DNA of 64,000 bases from positions 32,001 through 96,000 of the forward strand of contig CAVYCN010000003.1 of assembly GCA_963767005.1 (NCBI GenBank), written 5' to 3'. Source of the DNA: an uncultured Actinomycetes bacterium. Lineage in GTDB: Bacteria > Actinomycetota > Thermoleophilia > UBA2241. A model generated the notes under the pieces. It did not search any database. It saw only the letters and a program-made list of their open reading frames with translations, and was not told the origin of the DNA. A program made the position numbers and the translations under genes. Shown one piece after another: positions 8,898 through 19,813 of the stretch. Positions within the stretch are counted from its first letter, which is position 1. Each line of letters begins with the position of its first letter.

Positions 8898-10190
8898 TCA
8901 GTCGGCGCCGGGAGAGACGCGGCTCCGCTCCTGCGTGAGCGGCAGGCAGTCGCTCACGAGCGCCTCCCCGGCAGCTGCGTCACGCGCGAGCGCGGCGCAG
9001 CTCGGCGCGCCGCACAGCCCACAGTCGAGGCCCGGCAGGGAGTGCAGCACGGCGTCGGCCTCTTTCAGGCGCCGCACGCGCTCCTTGAGGCCGCCCCCGT
9101 TGGCGACCTCCCGCGGCGCGAAGGGGTGCTGCAACGAGAAGTCCTCGCGTGGGTAGCGCCGCTTCACTTCGGCCTCGGTCTGTGGGTCGCTGTGCGGTAA
9201 GGCGGCCATCAGGGTCTGCAGCTTCGCTTGGGAGACATAGACGTTGTCCACCGTGAGGTTGCCGTTGGAGCAGCCCGCCCAGCAGGCGTAGCACTCCAGG
9301 AAATCGATGTCCCTGAGCTTGCCGCGCTCGACGTCGTCGAAGACCTGGATCACGTTGGGCAAGCCGGTGACCGGCATGTAATGGTGGCGTCGCAGGATGT
9401 GGGGAAAGACGCGCGGTGTCGCCCAGCGCAGCATGGCCGACGAGCGCACAGGGGGCGCCTGCGACGAGGTCGACTGCGCGTCCTCCGCGGCCCGCCGAGC
9501 CTCGGCAAGCACGGCGTTGTAGACCTGTGGGATGCCGAGCGTGCCGTCCAGGCTGCTGCAGCCACCGTCGGCGGGCTGCACGATCGAGATGGCACGTGCC
9601 TGACAGGGCGTCACGTAGACGGCAGCGATCTGTTCGGGGGACAGGCCGAGCTCCTGCGAGTAACGGCGCTTGACCTCGCGGCCGGCGAGCTCGCGTGGCG
9701 GCTGCATCTGCAGCAGTTGCTCGGCCATGCGCGGATAGGAGACCTGAATGAGCCGCACGATGACCGGACAGGTCATGTTGACTAGGGGACGGGGCCCCTG
9801 CCAGTGCGCGACGTAGTCGGCGATCGCCCGGGTCCCCAGGGCGAGATCGACGCCGTAGTCCCAGACGGCATCGAAGCCGGCCGCCAACAGGCCCGCGACG
9901 ACGTGCTCGGGGAGCACATCGCTTGGGAACTGGCCGAACAGGACAGGTGAGGGGATCGCCACCTTGAAGGCGTACTGAGCGAACTCCTCGAGACCCTGGG
10001 TGGCAGCCGTGATGGCGCCACGCGTGCAGGACTTCAGGCAGGAGCCGCAGTCGATGCACAGCTGCGCGCGCACGCTGGCCTTGCCGTGGCGCACACGGAT
10101 GGCCTCCGTCGGACAGGTCCGCATGCAGGCGAGACAGCCGTCGCAGAGCTGCTCGTGCAGGCGAAACCCGTGGGTGTACTCGATCATCAC
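8898..10190 (-). CDS. [FeFe]-hydrogenase-like protein (group C/D type) with N-terminal 2x[4Fe-4S] and C-terminal FeS domain
   Basis: CDGCLACMRTCP, CIDCGSCLKSC; H-cluster-like MTCP, TPCQAR, ECYACWAGCSNG; LPGLDCGLCGAPSC. Confidence 0.85.
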   Translation of the reverse strand: MMIEYTHGFRLHEQLCDGCLACMRTCPTEAIRVRHGKASVRAQLCIDCGSCLKSCTRGAITAATQGLEEFAQYAFKVAIPSPVLFGQFPSDVLPEHVVAGLLAAGFDAVWDYGVDLALGTRAIADYVAHWQGPRPLVNMTCPVIVRLIQVSYPRMAEQLLQMQPPRELAGREVKRRYSQELGLSPEQIAAVYVTPCQARAISIVQPADGGCSSLDGTLGIPQVYNAVLAEARRAAEDAQSTSSQAPPVRSSAMLRWATPRVFPHILRRHHYMPVTGLPNVIQVFDDVERGKLRDIDFLECYACWAGCSNGNLTVDNVYVSQAKLQTLMAALPHSDPQTEAEVKRRYPREDFSLQHPFAPREVANGGGLKERVRRLKEADAVLHSLPGLDCGLCGAPSCAALARDAAAGEALVSDCLPLTQERSRVSPGAD

Positions 10191-10550
10191 GCGCCGTCCC
10201 AGATGATCCGCAGTGGCGGTTTCTCACTAGCCCAATAGGGCTTACTGCTCGTCTATGAATAGCACTTTCTGTTGCCCCAGGACAATGCGAGACGTGCCCT
10301 CGCCGGGCCCAGCGTGAGGTAGATGATGGCGGTGAGTCGATTGAAGGACCTGCGACCCCATCTCGTGAGCCGTGAAGGGCGAAACACGGGCGTGGATAGA
10401 TGGCCAGCTTCATCGACTCACAGGGCACCGGTCAGCAGACATGTGCGGCGTCTAATGCTCCTGCGCAGGGCGCTGGCGCCGACGTGGCGCCGCCGGCCCG
10501 CTTGGCGCACGTGCGATGAACCAAGCAACCCCAACCCTGTGACCCACGGC

Positions 10551-11906
10551 TCAGCCTGCGAGCTGCTGCTCGGTCACTCGGGCCTTCGCCCTGAGCAGCG
10601 GGTACAGACAGGCGCCGGCCAGGCCGCAGACGATCAGCAGGCCGTAGCTTGTATGGGCTCCGAGGCGATCGAGCAGCAGGCCGCCGAGCAGCGGCCCGAG
10701 GGCGCCCTGACCGGCGATGTAGATCAATGTCCAGCTGCCCATGTAGCGTCCCCGCAGCTCAAGCGGTGCCATCTGGGCGACGATGGCCGAGGTCAGCGGG
10801 CCAAAGAGCGCCTGGGCAACGGAGAGCGCGACGACCGGCGCCAGCAGGACCGCGCCGACCGGCACGAAGGCCACCAGACCGACGCCGAGTCCGAAGAGTG
10901 TGCTGGCCAGAGCCACCGCGAGCATCGGGTCAAGCCGCTTGGCGGCACGCACGGCGGGATACTGGCTGACCACGATGACCGCCGAGCTGAAGGAGAGCAG
11001 CAGGCCCCAGCTTGAGGGCCGCAGGTGCAGGACGGTGGTGAGCAGCAACGGGAAGCTCGAGTACAGCTGGCCAAAGACAAAGAGCGGCAGCAGCGAGATG
11101 CCACAGAAGGCCAGGAAACGCCTATCACGCAGGACGTGCCCGTAACCAGTTGCCCGGCGGGCGCCGCGGCGGCCTGTCCGGCGCCGCGGCAGAAGGCTTA
11201 AGGCGAGGCTGCCGAAGACCTCGAGGGCCTCCCCCGCCGAGGCCGCCCGCCGTCGTCTGACCGGCTTGCTCTCCTTGAGCACGGCCAGGGTGAAGCCCAG
11301 GTAGATGAGGCAACCCAGGCCAGCTGCCACGAACAGCTCGGGCAGGGTAACGCCGGACGCCAGCAGCAGCGCCGCGACCAGGGGGCCGACGATCTCGCCG
11401 GCGCCGATCATGAGGCGCACGAGGCTGTAGCCGTCGGGCCGCAGGCGGGGACGCACGAGGTCGGCGACCATCGCGTTGCTGGCCGTGAGAAACAACGGCC
11501 AGCCCAGGGCGCGGTCGCAGAACAGCAGGGCGCAGAGCAGCCAGAAACCGTGGGCGAAGGCCAGGCCGCTGTACATCAGCGTCTCCATGGCGGCGCAGGT
11601 GATCATCACGGCGCGGCGCCCGAAGCGGTCGCAGAGGCTGCCGGCCAGGGGCTGCAGGGGCAGACCGCCCAGGGCGGTCAGGCCCATGATGGCCCCCACC
11701 ACGGCGACCGAGACGCCGAGCCTGCCCTTCAGCAGGATCGCGGTGTAGGGGAAGGCCAGGCCGATGAAGGTGAGGTAGAAGAGCGTGCCGCCGACCAGCA
11801 GCCAGAACTGGCCGGGAAAGAGGCGCAGCTGACGGCGCAGGCGCTTGACCTGCCTTATGTCTGTGAGATGCAGCGCAGCCGCCTCTTCCTCCGAGCCTGG
11901 TGCCAT
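10551..11906 (-). CDS. MFS transporter
   Basis: About 12 TM segments; GSLCDRFGRR motif A. Confidence 0.9.
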   Translation of the reverse strand: MAPGSEEEAAALHLTDIRQVKRLRRQLRLFPGQFWLLVGGTLFYLTFIGLAFPYTAILLKGRLGVSVAVVGAIMGLTALGGLPLQPLAGSLCDRFGRRAVMITCAAMETLMYSGLAFAHGFWLLCALLFCDRALGWPLFLTASNAMVADLVRPRLRPDGYSLVRLMIGAGEIVGPLVAALLLASGVTLPELFVAAGLGCLIYLGFTLAVLKESKPVRRRRAASAGEALEVFGSLALSLLPRRRTGRRGARRATGYGHVLRDRRFLAFCGISLLPLFVFGQLYSSFPLLLTTVLHLRPSSWGLLLSFSSAVIVVSQYPAVRAAKRLDPMLAVALASTLFGLGVGLVAFVPVGAVLLAPVVALSVAQALFGPLTSAIVAQMAPLELRGRYMGSWTLIYIAGQGALGPLLGGLLLDRLGAHTSYGLLIVCGLAGACLYPLLRAKARVTEQQLAG

Positions 11907-12334
11907 GGTAGCCGATGGGCAAGTGCGAGAAGCGGGCGGACTGGGGGACGGGCTGGCCCGAGAAGCGAGCTGGCGATGGCAGGATGGGAGAGGACGCTGT
12001 CATGCTCGGCAAGTGCCAGTTCGGGCTCTGCGTGGCAGTGGCCCGTCCTCGTCGTTGTCTATGTCCCACATGCCGGTGGCAACCAGCGCCGGTGACGTCT
12101 ACGCGAAAGAGGACTACCGCTGATTGATCGCACAGATAACCGCCGGACCTCTCCCCTCGCTGTTCCTCCTGCACAGGCGCCCGAGCGCCGCCATGTCGCC
12201 GACAGACGAGCGCACCACTGTGGTCGCCTGCGGCCGCTCGGCCGGTGCTTTGGGAGGCCCCTGCGGCGTTGAGGTGTCGTCCCCCAGAGCGAAGCTCACA
12301 GCGTCACGTACAGACGCGCGTCAAGGGGGACAGC

Positions 12335-13619
12335 ATGCGCGGTCACATCCGCAGGCGAGGCAAGGCCAGCTTCGAGTACATCGTCGATGTGGGCACAGCC
12401 CCGGCCCAGCGCTGCGCGAGTTGCAACAAGCGCTACTGGCTTGAGCGCCGGCCAAAGGACAACTGCCCGGCCTGCGGCGGCAAGCTGCGGGAGACCGAGG
12501 AGCGCCGGCGCGCCATCAAGGCCGGCTTTCACACACGCAAGGAGGCCCAGGCGGCGATGGCCAAGGTGATGGTCGCAGTCGAGGAGCGCAGTTACGTCGC
12601 GCCGAGCAGGCTGACGGTGCGCGAGTACCTCACCAAGGAGTGGCTGCCGGCAATCCGCGCGACAGTGAGACCGACGACCTACCGCTCCTACGAACAGCAC
12701 GTCAGCTTCCACATCGTGCCGCACATCGGCTCGCTGAAGCTGGAGAGGGTGACGGGCGCCGCCTTGAACGCGCTCTATGCCAAGCTCGCAGAGTCGGGCA
12801 AGTGTGACGGTGTGCGCGGCCTCTCGCCGCGCACGGTGCACCATGTCCATGTCTGCCTGCACCGCGCCTTTCGTGACGCCGTGCGCTGGGGTCGCCTTCC
12901 TCGTAACCCGGTCGATGCCGCCGACCCGCCCAAGGTGGCCGGCCCTGGATCTCGCGAGATGAAGACCTGGAGCGCCGCGCAGGTGCAGAGCCTTCCTTGA
13001 GGCCACCAAGGACGACCGCCTCCACCCGCTCTGGCGCTTGCTCTGCCTGACCGGCATGCGCCGCGGCGAGGCCCTCGGGGTGAAGTGGGACGATGTCGAT
13101 CTTGCGGCCGGCTGTCTTTGCGTACGGCGTTCACTCATCCCGCTGGGCGGTGAGGTGATCGTCTCTGAGCCCAAGACGGCGCGCGGGCGCCGTTCGATCG
13201 CCCTCGATCAAGAGACCATCGAGGTGCTCAAGGCGCAGGCGGCAAGGCAACTTGGCGAACAGGCGGGCGAGGGCCAGGCCTGGATCGACTCAGGCTACCT
13301 CTGCACCAAGGAGGACGGCAGCGCCTACCACCCCGAGGTCGTGAGCCGCTACTTCCGAGCCGCGGTCAAGGCCGCCGGGCTGCCTGCGATCAGCCCGCAT
13401 GTGCTAAGGCACACCCACGCCACCCTGGCGCTGCGCGCCGGTATCCACCCCAAGGTCATCTCGGAGCGTCTCGGACATGCGAACATCGCGATCACGCTGG
13501 ACACCTACTCGCACGCCATCCCGGCGATGCAGGAGGAAGCGGCAGTGAAGATCGCCGAGCTGATCTCAGGCGAGAGAGCTGAGCCGGCTGACGAAACGGC
13601 GACCACCTCCGCGGCCTGA
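12335..13619 (+). pseudogene. Tyrosine integrase split by a +1 frameshift near 12985-13000
   Basis: MRGHIRRRG arm domain, core-binding domain, then second frame AFLEATKDDRLHPLWRLLCLTGMRRGE..PKT..HVLRH..LGH..DTYSH with all catalytic residues. Confidence 0.88.
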
Positions 13620-13774
13620 GGGGCACTCGCTTCGCGGTCGCCGCTCAGTACTTCGGCGGCCGTTCGCCCCGTGCGTTAGCTGGACCCGTCCTCCCGAACT
13701 TCGAGCCGCGCTCTTTGATGTAGTCGCCAAGTATGCTGTAGGGCGTACTCCAACCGGCCAAGGAGGCGAACGTC

Positions 13775-14134
13775 ATGTTGTTGCTGTGGCACTGGTTCAT
13801 GCACTACAGCGGAGCCGACAACGGCAAGTGGTATCCGTGGTGGAGCGGCCCCGGCAGTGACCTCGGCGAGCTGACGTTGATCGTTGCGACAGCCGCGTAC
13901 TTCCGGGCGCACAGCTGTCACGTGAAGGGCTGCTGGCGTCATGGACGTCATCCGTACCGTCACTACATGTTGTGCGCCAAGCATCACCCCGATGTGCCCT
14001 CGGCTGGCATCACGCACGAGCACATCCGCTCATTGAGGGTCGGCGAGAAAGCCGCTGAGTGTGGCGCGGAGGCTGCCGCCGGCTCGCGGGTCGGACACGT
14101 CGAGCAGATGCAAGAGACGATGTCGCGTCGATGA
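13775..14134 (+). CDS. Hypothetical small membrane protein with Cys/His cluster
   Basis: AAGGAGG RBS; WWSGPGSDLGEL-TM-HSCHVKGCWRHGRH..CAKHHP. Confidence 0.65.
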   Translation: MLLLWHWFMHYSGADNGKWYPWWSGPGSDLGELTLIVATAAYFRAHSCHVKGCWRHGRHPYRHYMLCAKHHPDVPSAGITHEHIRSLRVGEKAAECGAEAAAGSRVGHVEQMQETMSRR

Positions 14135-14656
14135 GAGTGACCCGTTGACGCGGTGAACGACGAGGAACACGCCCTGTCGATGGCCGGTTCGCTGCCAGCC
14201 AGCAGGCCCGGGGGCAGCCCCCGCGCGATGTGCAGGAGACTGTCGCCTGAAAGGATGCGACGCAGGCGAAACGGGCCAATCTGCCCGTGATGCCCCCACA
14301 CACGACCTTCGGCAGCCACGCGACGCAGGCCCTGCACGCCGATACCCGCCCAAGATCGTCGGAGCGCTCGGACATCCCTCTGAGGCGACGTGCGAACCCA
14401 CTCGCTGTCCCGGCGCCGCGACCGTCAGGAACCGTCACCGGTTGTCATTTTGAGCCGCACAGTTCCGCCACCCTCGCCACTTTCCTCCGCTAATCGACCG
14501 CTTCCCGCCACTGGCCCCTATCGCATTCGTAGAGCCTGACCGTGAAATCGAGCGCAGAATTCGCAGAGGCGGGTCGCGGGTGACCTAAGGTCTAGCGCGC
14601 GCTCTGCGCTCAGCTCTTCGGCCCGAGCGCGAGCACGCACACGCGAGCACGCAGGT

Positions 14657-15130
14657 TGTCAAGGTTCACCACCTCTGTTCCACTTTGGCTCCAGCACCTC
14701 TGTTCCACCCGTAGCGTCGCAGTCTTCTTCTTGCGGTGAGCGCGTCCGTTCGGCGTTGAGAAGGCGCCGCGCTCCTTGCTCGGGTCGTGCCGCGCGGGCT
14801 GTGTGCGCAGAAGCACGTCTGCCTGCCAGATCTCGACCGTGTCGCCCTCAAGGCGCACCTCAACCTGCTTGCGGCGGTGAGTGGTCCCGACCCAGTAGTC
14901 GGTGCCGGCGAAGCTCACGTGGCCACGCGCCTGGACCAGGCGCCGCACCGAGGAGCCGGCCCCCAAGGTGAGGCGTGGACGCGCCTGGGGCAGCCGTTCG
15001 CGGGCGCGGCTCGTCCGGGCCGGGTGACGGCGGGCGAAGCTGGCGACGAGCACGCCACGGCAGCTGACCTGCACGAGTCCGCTCGCGCTGAACTCGACGG
15101 AGCGGCGCCGTGGTCACGCGTCGAGGGCGA
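14657..15130 (-). mobile_element. IS481-family remnant (transposase C-terminus and right end)
   Basis: GLVQVSCRGVLVASFARRH..GHVSFAGTDYWVG..RHDPSKERGAF; end begins TGT at 14657 with repeated CACCTCTGTTCCAC (14670, 14695). Confidence 0.7.
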
Positions 15131-15149
15131 CTGACGAAGCTCATAGTCT

Positions 15150-15806
15150 TTGCTCCGTACGCGCAGTATCATCGATGCGGCGCAAGAGGAGGGTCAGTTG
15201 GGCTTGGGTTACAGCGGCCCCACGGTCAACTTCCCTGAAGATGTGCATCCCGAGAAGCCCGAGGGTCTTGCTCCTTGGCAGGCAGGCGAGGCGAGGCGCC
15301 GGGAACGCACGGCTCCCTCGGCGCGATTCGGGGACGTCCTCCTGCGAGTCGCCTTGGCGCTGCCGCTCGTCTACCTCGTCGACCACGTTCGAGGAATCTT
15401 CGGATTCGGCCCCTACTTCCTGTTCACGGGCGGTGACCCGTGGCAGTTCACCGTCGGCCTCAAGCTCCCTGCCGTCGGCCTTTCGTTCGGCTGCGTCCTT
15501 GTGCTCTCTGGCTGGCGCGCCCGCTGGCCCTGGCTCATCGTGGCTGCCAGCGCCCTGTGGTTGCCGTTCGGCACGAACTTGGTCGCCATGAATCGCCTCG
15601 CATATCCCTGGCCGCTGGGAAATCCAGTGTTCTTGCCCGGCGCGACGTTCGCTTACTGGGACACTGTGTTCAGCTTCACGGCCCTGTGGGTCTACGCACT
15701 TCTCCTTGCCCTCGCCATGCTGCTCGGCTCGGGGCCGCTCAGGCGCGGCGGCGCCGCGGTCGCTCCGCGTTCGCCGGCCCCTCCGAGTACATCGCAGCAG
15801 CCTTGA
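15150..15806 (+). CDS. Hypothetical membrane protein
   Basis: Several hydrophobic segments; start uncertain. Confidence 0.55.
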   Translation: MLRTRSIIDAAQEEGQLGLGYSGPTVNFPEDVHPEKPEGLAPWQAGEARRRERTAPSARFGDVLLRVALALPLVYLVDHVRGIFGFGPYFLFTGGDPWQFTVGLKLPAVGLSFGCVLVLSGWRARWPWLIVAASALWLPFGTNLVAMNRLAYPWPLGNPVFLPGATFAYWDTVFSFTALWVYALLLALAMLLGSGPLRRGGAAVAPRSPAPPSTSQQP

Positions 15807-15956
15807 CAAGCGATGGCCCTGACCCTGGCGCTGTTTCAGTCGCCTTTCACGAGCTCGTCCTCGCCGTGTCCTCGCCGTCGGATGTCGGCGCGAATGTCGG
15901 CATCGAGCGTTCAAAGGAGCCCGGACGAATCCGAGAAAGTGGCCGATTGCAGGAAA

Positions 15957-16014
15957 GTCTTCTGGAGGCGGCGACCGGAGTCGAACCGGTGATTAAGGTT
16001 TTGCAGTCAGTCTC
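15957..16014 (-). repeat. att-like 58-bp repeat copy 1 containing the 3' half of tRNA-Cys(GCA)
   Basis: Reverse complement contains CTGCAAA-ACCTT-AATC-ACCGG-TTCGACT-CCGGT-CGCCGCC-TCCA; 5' half absent; identical to 53188-53245. Confidence 0.92.
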
Positions 16015-16516
16015 GGGGCAGGCGGCCGCAAGCCGTATTGTGCAGTATGGCGCAGCAGGGCACCCCCCTGCGGACCAGCCATTATGCTGATTTGCAGCAT
16101 CTTTGTGTCGCGCAGGCCACCAGAGCACTGCACAATACGAGCCCTTTTTGGCGCCGCAGAGTCGCCCGCATCCGCGATCTGGCAGCGAAGCGATACCAGA
16201 TGTCGGCGTTCTCGTCGGCGCAGCGCGCTCCAGCCCGCAACCTGTGCCCCGCCATGCGGCTTGCGGGGCTTAAAGGAGAAGCGCCCTTCGCGGCGAATAT
16301 TCATTGTCACCTAGGAATCCTCGCCACCCGCGCGAGAGAGAGAGGAGGTCACCAGGTGACCCGGGCGCTACCGCGCTCGGGTCGGCAAGCGAAGAGGAAG
16401 AGCGTCATGATCGAACACCGTAGAGGCCCGGCGGCCAGTGCCGCGACGGGCCTTTGTCCGTTCCGGGACCGCCTCCCAAGCGGCCCTCACCCCGCCCGTC
16501 AAGAAGGTGAACGATC

Positions 16517-17839
16517 ATGACCCCGCCCGCCGACACCAACCCCTGCCCGACCCCACCGACCGAGGCACAACCACCGAGACGCCGCCGGCCCGCCAAACCC
16601 GCCCCCGACGGCCTGCGACTGGACCCCGCCAACGCCAACCGCGGCACCGAGCGCGGCCGCGAGCTCGTCAAGGCCTCGCTTGCCGAGTGCGGCGCCGGTC
16701 GCTCGATCGTGGTCGACAGAAGCGGCACCACAATCGGCGGTGCCAAGACCCTCGAGGCGGCCCGTGCCCTGGGTCTGCCCGTCAAGATCGTCGAGAGCAC
16801 AGGCGATGAGCTGATCGCCATCCAGCGCACCGACTTAGACCTCGGCGCAGACGAGCGTGCCCGCAGACTGGCCTACCTCGACAACCGCGCCTCCGAACTC
16901 GGTCTGGAGTGGGACCGCGAGCAGCTTCTGCGCGACCTGAGCGCCGGCCTCGATCTTGCCGGCATCTTCACGCCGCTTGAGCTTGACGACCTGCTCGGCT
17001 CCCGGCCGCTCCTGGCCGACCCCGACGAGCTGCCCGAGATGCCCGAGCAGGTCGACGTAGGACGCGGCGACATCTATCGCTGCGGCGCCTCGCGCGTGAT
17101 GTGCGGCGATGCCACGAAGCCGGACGAGGTCGCCCACCTGCTGGACGGCGCCCGACCGCGCCTGCTCATCACCGACCCGCCCTACGGCGTCGGGCTCGAC
17201 ATGGAGTGGCGCGACCGCGCCGGCCTCAACCAGCTCGGGGCGGCGGAGAAGAGCTACATGAAGAAAAGGCGCGGCGGGCGTTCGATCTCAAACGACACGA
17301 TCGCCGACTGGTCGGCCGCCTTCGAGCTCGTGCCAAGCCTGCAGGTCGCCTACGTCTGGCACGCCACCGTCCACATGCGCGCGGTGGCAGACGGCCTGGA
17401 GCGCATCGGCTTTGCGCTGCGTCAGCAAATCATTTGGGTGAAGCCCTATGCGGTGATCAGCCGCTCCGCCTACAACTGGCGCCACGAACCCTGCTGGTAT
17501 GCGGTCAAGAAGGGCTCAACGGCACACTGGACCGGCGGCCGTAAGCAGGACACGGTCTGGGAGTGCGCCTCGCCCAAGCAGCTCATGGCCGCTGGCTCGG
17601 AGGAGCCACTGCCCCATCCGGCCCAGAAGCCCTGCGAATGCATGGCCCGCCCCGTACGCAACCACTCAGGCGATGTCTATGACCCCTTCCTCGGTTCCGG
17701 CACCACCTTGATCGCCGCAACTCAGGAGGGCCGCGCCTGTTACGGCATGGAGCTTGAGCCGCGCTACGTCGCCCTGGCCGTGCGCCGCTGGGAGCTCTAC
17801 AGCGGCAAGACGGCGCTGCGCGAGGCCCACCATGGCTAA
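16517..17839 (+). CDS. Phage-type ParB-like + amino DNA methyltransferase
   Basis: DPANANRG..GRSIVVD N-terminus; ITDPPY; HPAQKP; DPFLGSGTT. Confidence 0.92.
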   Translation: MTPPADTNPCPTPPTEAQPPRRRRPAKPAPDGLRLDPANANRGTERGRELVKASLAECGAGRSIVVDRSGTTIGGAKTLEAARALGLPVKIVESTGDELIAIQRTDLDLGADERARRLAYLDNRASELGLEWDREQLLRDLSAGLDLAGIFTPLELDDLLGSRPLLADPDELPEMPEQVDVGRGDIYRCGASRVMCGDATKPDEVAHLLDGARPRLLITDPPYGVGLDMEWRDRAGLNQLGAAEKSYMKKRRGGRSISNDTIADWSAAFELVPSLQVAYVWHATVHMRAVADGLERIGFALRQQIIWVKPYAVISRSAYNWRHEPCWYAVKKGSTAHWTGGRKQDTVWECASPKQLMAAGSEEPLPHPAQKPCECMARPVRNHSGDVYDPFLGSGTTLIAATQEGRACYGMELEPRYVALAVRRWELYSGKTALREAHHG

Positions 17840-18215
17840 GGCAGGTAAGGCCGAGGTCGAACGCCGAGTCGATGAGCTCTACGAACTGGTCGTCAACCGC
17901 ATCAGCTACCGCCAGATCGTCACCTACTGCGAGGGCAAGTGGGGCATCGGTGAGCGCCAGGTCTCGGTCTATATCGCAAAGGTGCGGGCCCGCATGGCCG
18001 AGCGGGCCGCCGAGAACCAGACAACCGAGCTCGCCCGCGCCCTGGCAGGCTACGAGGCGATCTTCGCCCGTCAGATGGCGGCCGCTCACTACGCAGGGGC
18101 GCGCGAGACCCTGGACTCGATCGTGCGCCTGCGCGGCCTGGCGGCCCCCGAACAGCGCAGCTTCGAGGGTGTCATGAACGTCATCCAGCTGCCCCCGGGC
18201 AGCGAGCTACCATGA
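17832..18215 (+). CDS. Putative terminase small subunit (HTH)
   Basis: HTH SYRQIV..WGIGERQVSVYI; coupled between MTase and TerL; similar to 56245-56760. Confidence 0.7.
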   Translation: MAKAGKAEVERRVDELYELVVNRISYRQIVTYCEGKWGIGERQVSVYIAKVRARMAERAAENQTTELARALAGYEAIFARQMAAAHYAGARETLDSIVRLRGLAAPEQRSFEGVMNVIQLPPGSELP

Positions 18216-19813
18216 GCGCCGACGTCCTGGCCGGCACGCCCTACCGTCCGCTGGGCGGGGCACTTGCGCTCTTCTTGGCCCGCGAGGGTGAGCTCCTGCT
18301 GGCCGGGCCCTCGGGCACCGGCAAAAGCCGCGCCTGTTTGGAGAAGCTCCACTACCAGGCCCTCGAGCATCCCGGCTTTCGTGCCCTGGTGGTGCGCAAG
18401 ACGCGCGAGAGCCTGACCCACGCCGGCCAGCTCACCTACGAACGGGCGGTGCTGGCCCGCACGCCCGGGGCGGCCCGCCGCTACGCCCGCGGCGATGAGT
18501 ATCGCTATACAAACGGCTCGCTTGTTGTGATCGGCGGCATGGATCGCGTCTCGAAGATCATGAGCTCCGAGTACGATGCGATCTACGTGCAGGAGGCAAC
18601 CGAACTCTCACTGGATGAGTGGGAGCACCTCACCACACGGCTGCGCGGTGCGGCGCTCGGCTCCTGCCAGATTCTCGCCTGCGCCAACCCGGCCGGCCCC
18701 AACCACTGGCTCAAGCAGCGCGCCGAGGTCGGGAGGCTGCGTCTGATCGAGAGCCGCCACGAGGACAACCCGCTGCTCTGCGACCCCGATACGGGCACCT
18801 ACAGCGCCTTCGGAGCACGCTACCTGGCCAAGCTCGACGCCCTCACCGGGGTGCGCTACCAACGTCTGCGTAAGGGCCTCTGGGTGGCCGCCGAGGGCAT
18901 GGTCTACGACGAGTTCGAGGCCGCCCTTCATCTGCGCGACGCGCGCGAGCTATTCGGGACGGCGCGTCGTCCGCCGGCGTCCTGGCGGCGCTTCTGGGCG
19001 ATCGACTTCGGCTATACCCATCCGTTGTGCTGGCAGGCCTGGGCTCAAGACCCCGCCTCGGGCACCCTTGTGCGCTACGCCGAGCTCTACCACAGCCATC
19101 TGCTGGTCGAGCAGGCGGCCGCCAAGATCCTTGCCTGGATGCAGAAGACCGGCGAGGACTTTCCCGCGGCGATCGTCTGCGACCACGACGCCGAGGGCCG
19201 GGCGACGCTGCAAGCCAAGCTCGGCGTGCCGACCGTCTCGGCGCGCAAGAGCGTCGCTGTGGGCATCCAGGCGGTCAAGCAGCGCCTGGCGCGCGGCAAG
19301 GGCGAGGGCGGGCTTGTGCTACTGCGTAACTGCGGCATCGCCGCCGACCGCGAGCTGGCCGAGGCCAAGCAGCCGACCTGCACCGAGGAAGAGGTCGAGC
19401 TCTACGTCTGGCGCGAGGGCATCAAGGACTCAGAGCCCTTGAAGGAGCATGACCACGGCCTCGATGCTCTGCGCTACCTGATCATGCACGTCGACCGCGC
19501 CAGTGTTTGGAGTCCTGAGGATATCGCCGCCCTGGGACGGCGCTGGCGCGGTGAGCAGGTCGGCGGCGGCGAGACCGACCTGGAACGCGAGCGCCGTCTG
19601 CGCCGCGAACGGGCCGAGGAGGCCGCCCGCCCGCAAGCCGAACCCAGCAAAGCGCGATCCGAAGAACCGGAGCCCACCCCCGAGCAGCTGACCGAGGAAT
19701 GCCGCGGCCAGTATCTAGCCGAGGTCGAGGAGATCAACCGTCAGGCGCTGCTGCGGGCGCAACGTGGCGCGGGACGGCCGCAGCGGGGGCTGAACGGACC
19801 GGGTCGACGCTGA
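18212..19813 (+). CDS. Terminase large subunit (PBSX-like) with extra C-terminal tail
   Basis: GPSGTGKS Walker A, YVQEATE Walker B, ANP, IDFGYTHP, DHGLDALRY. Confidence 0.92.
   Translation: MSADVLAGTPYRPLGGALALFLAREGELLLAGPSGTGKSRACLEKLHYQALEHPGFRALVVRKTRESLTHAGQLTYERAVLARTPGAARRYARGDEYRYTNGSLVVIGGMDRVSKIMSSEYDAIYVQEATELSLDEWEHLTTRLRGAALGSCQILACANPAGPNHWLKQRAEVGRLRLIESRHEDNPLLCDPDTGTYSAFGARYLAKLDALTGVRYQRLRKGLWVAAEGMVYDEFEAALHLRDARELFGTARRPPASWRRFWAIDFGYTHPLCWQAWAQDPASGTLVRYAELYHSHLLVEQAAAKILAWMQKTGEDFPAAIVCDHDAEGRATLQAKLGVPTVSARKSVAVGIQAVKQRLARGKGEGGLVLLRNCGIAADRELAEAKQPTCTEEEVELYVWREGIKDSEPLKEHDHGLDALRYLIMHVDRASVWSPEDIAALGRRWRGEQVGGGETDLERERRLRRERAEEAARPQAEPSKARSEEPEPTPEQLTEECRGQYLAEVEEINRQALLRAQRGAGRPQRGLNGPGRR

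Noticed and set aside
15957-16014. Intact tRNA-Cys gene (also at 53188-53245)
   Set aside because: D-arm, 5' acceptor strand and 5' anticodon stem are missing; only att fragments
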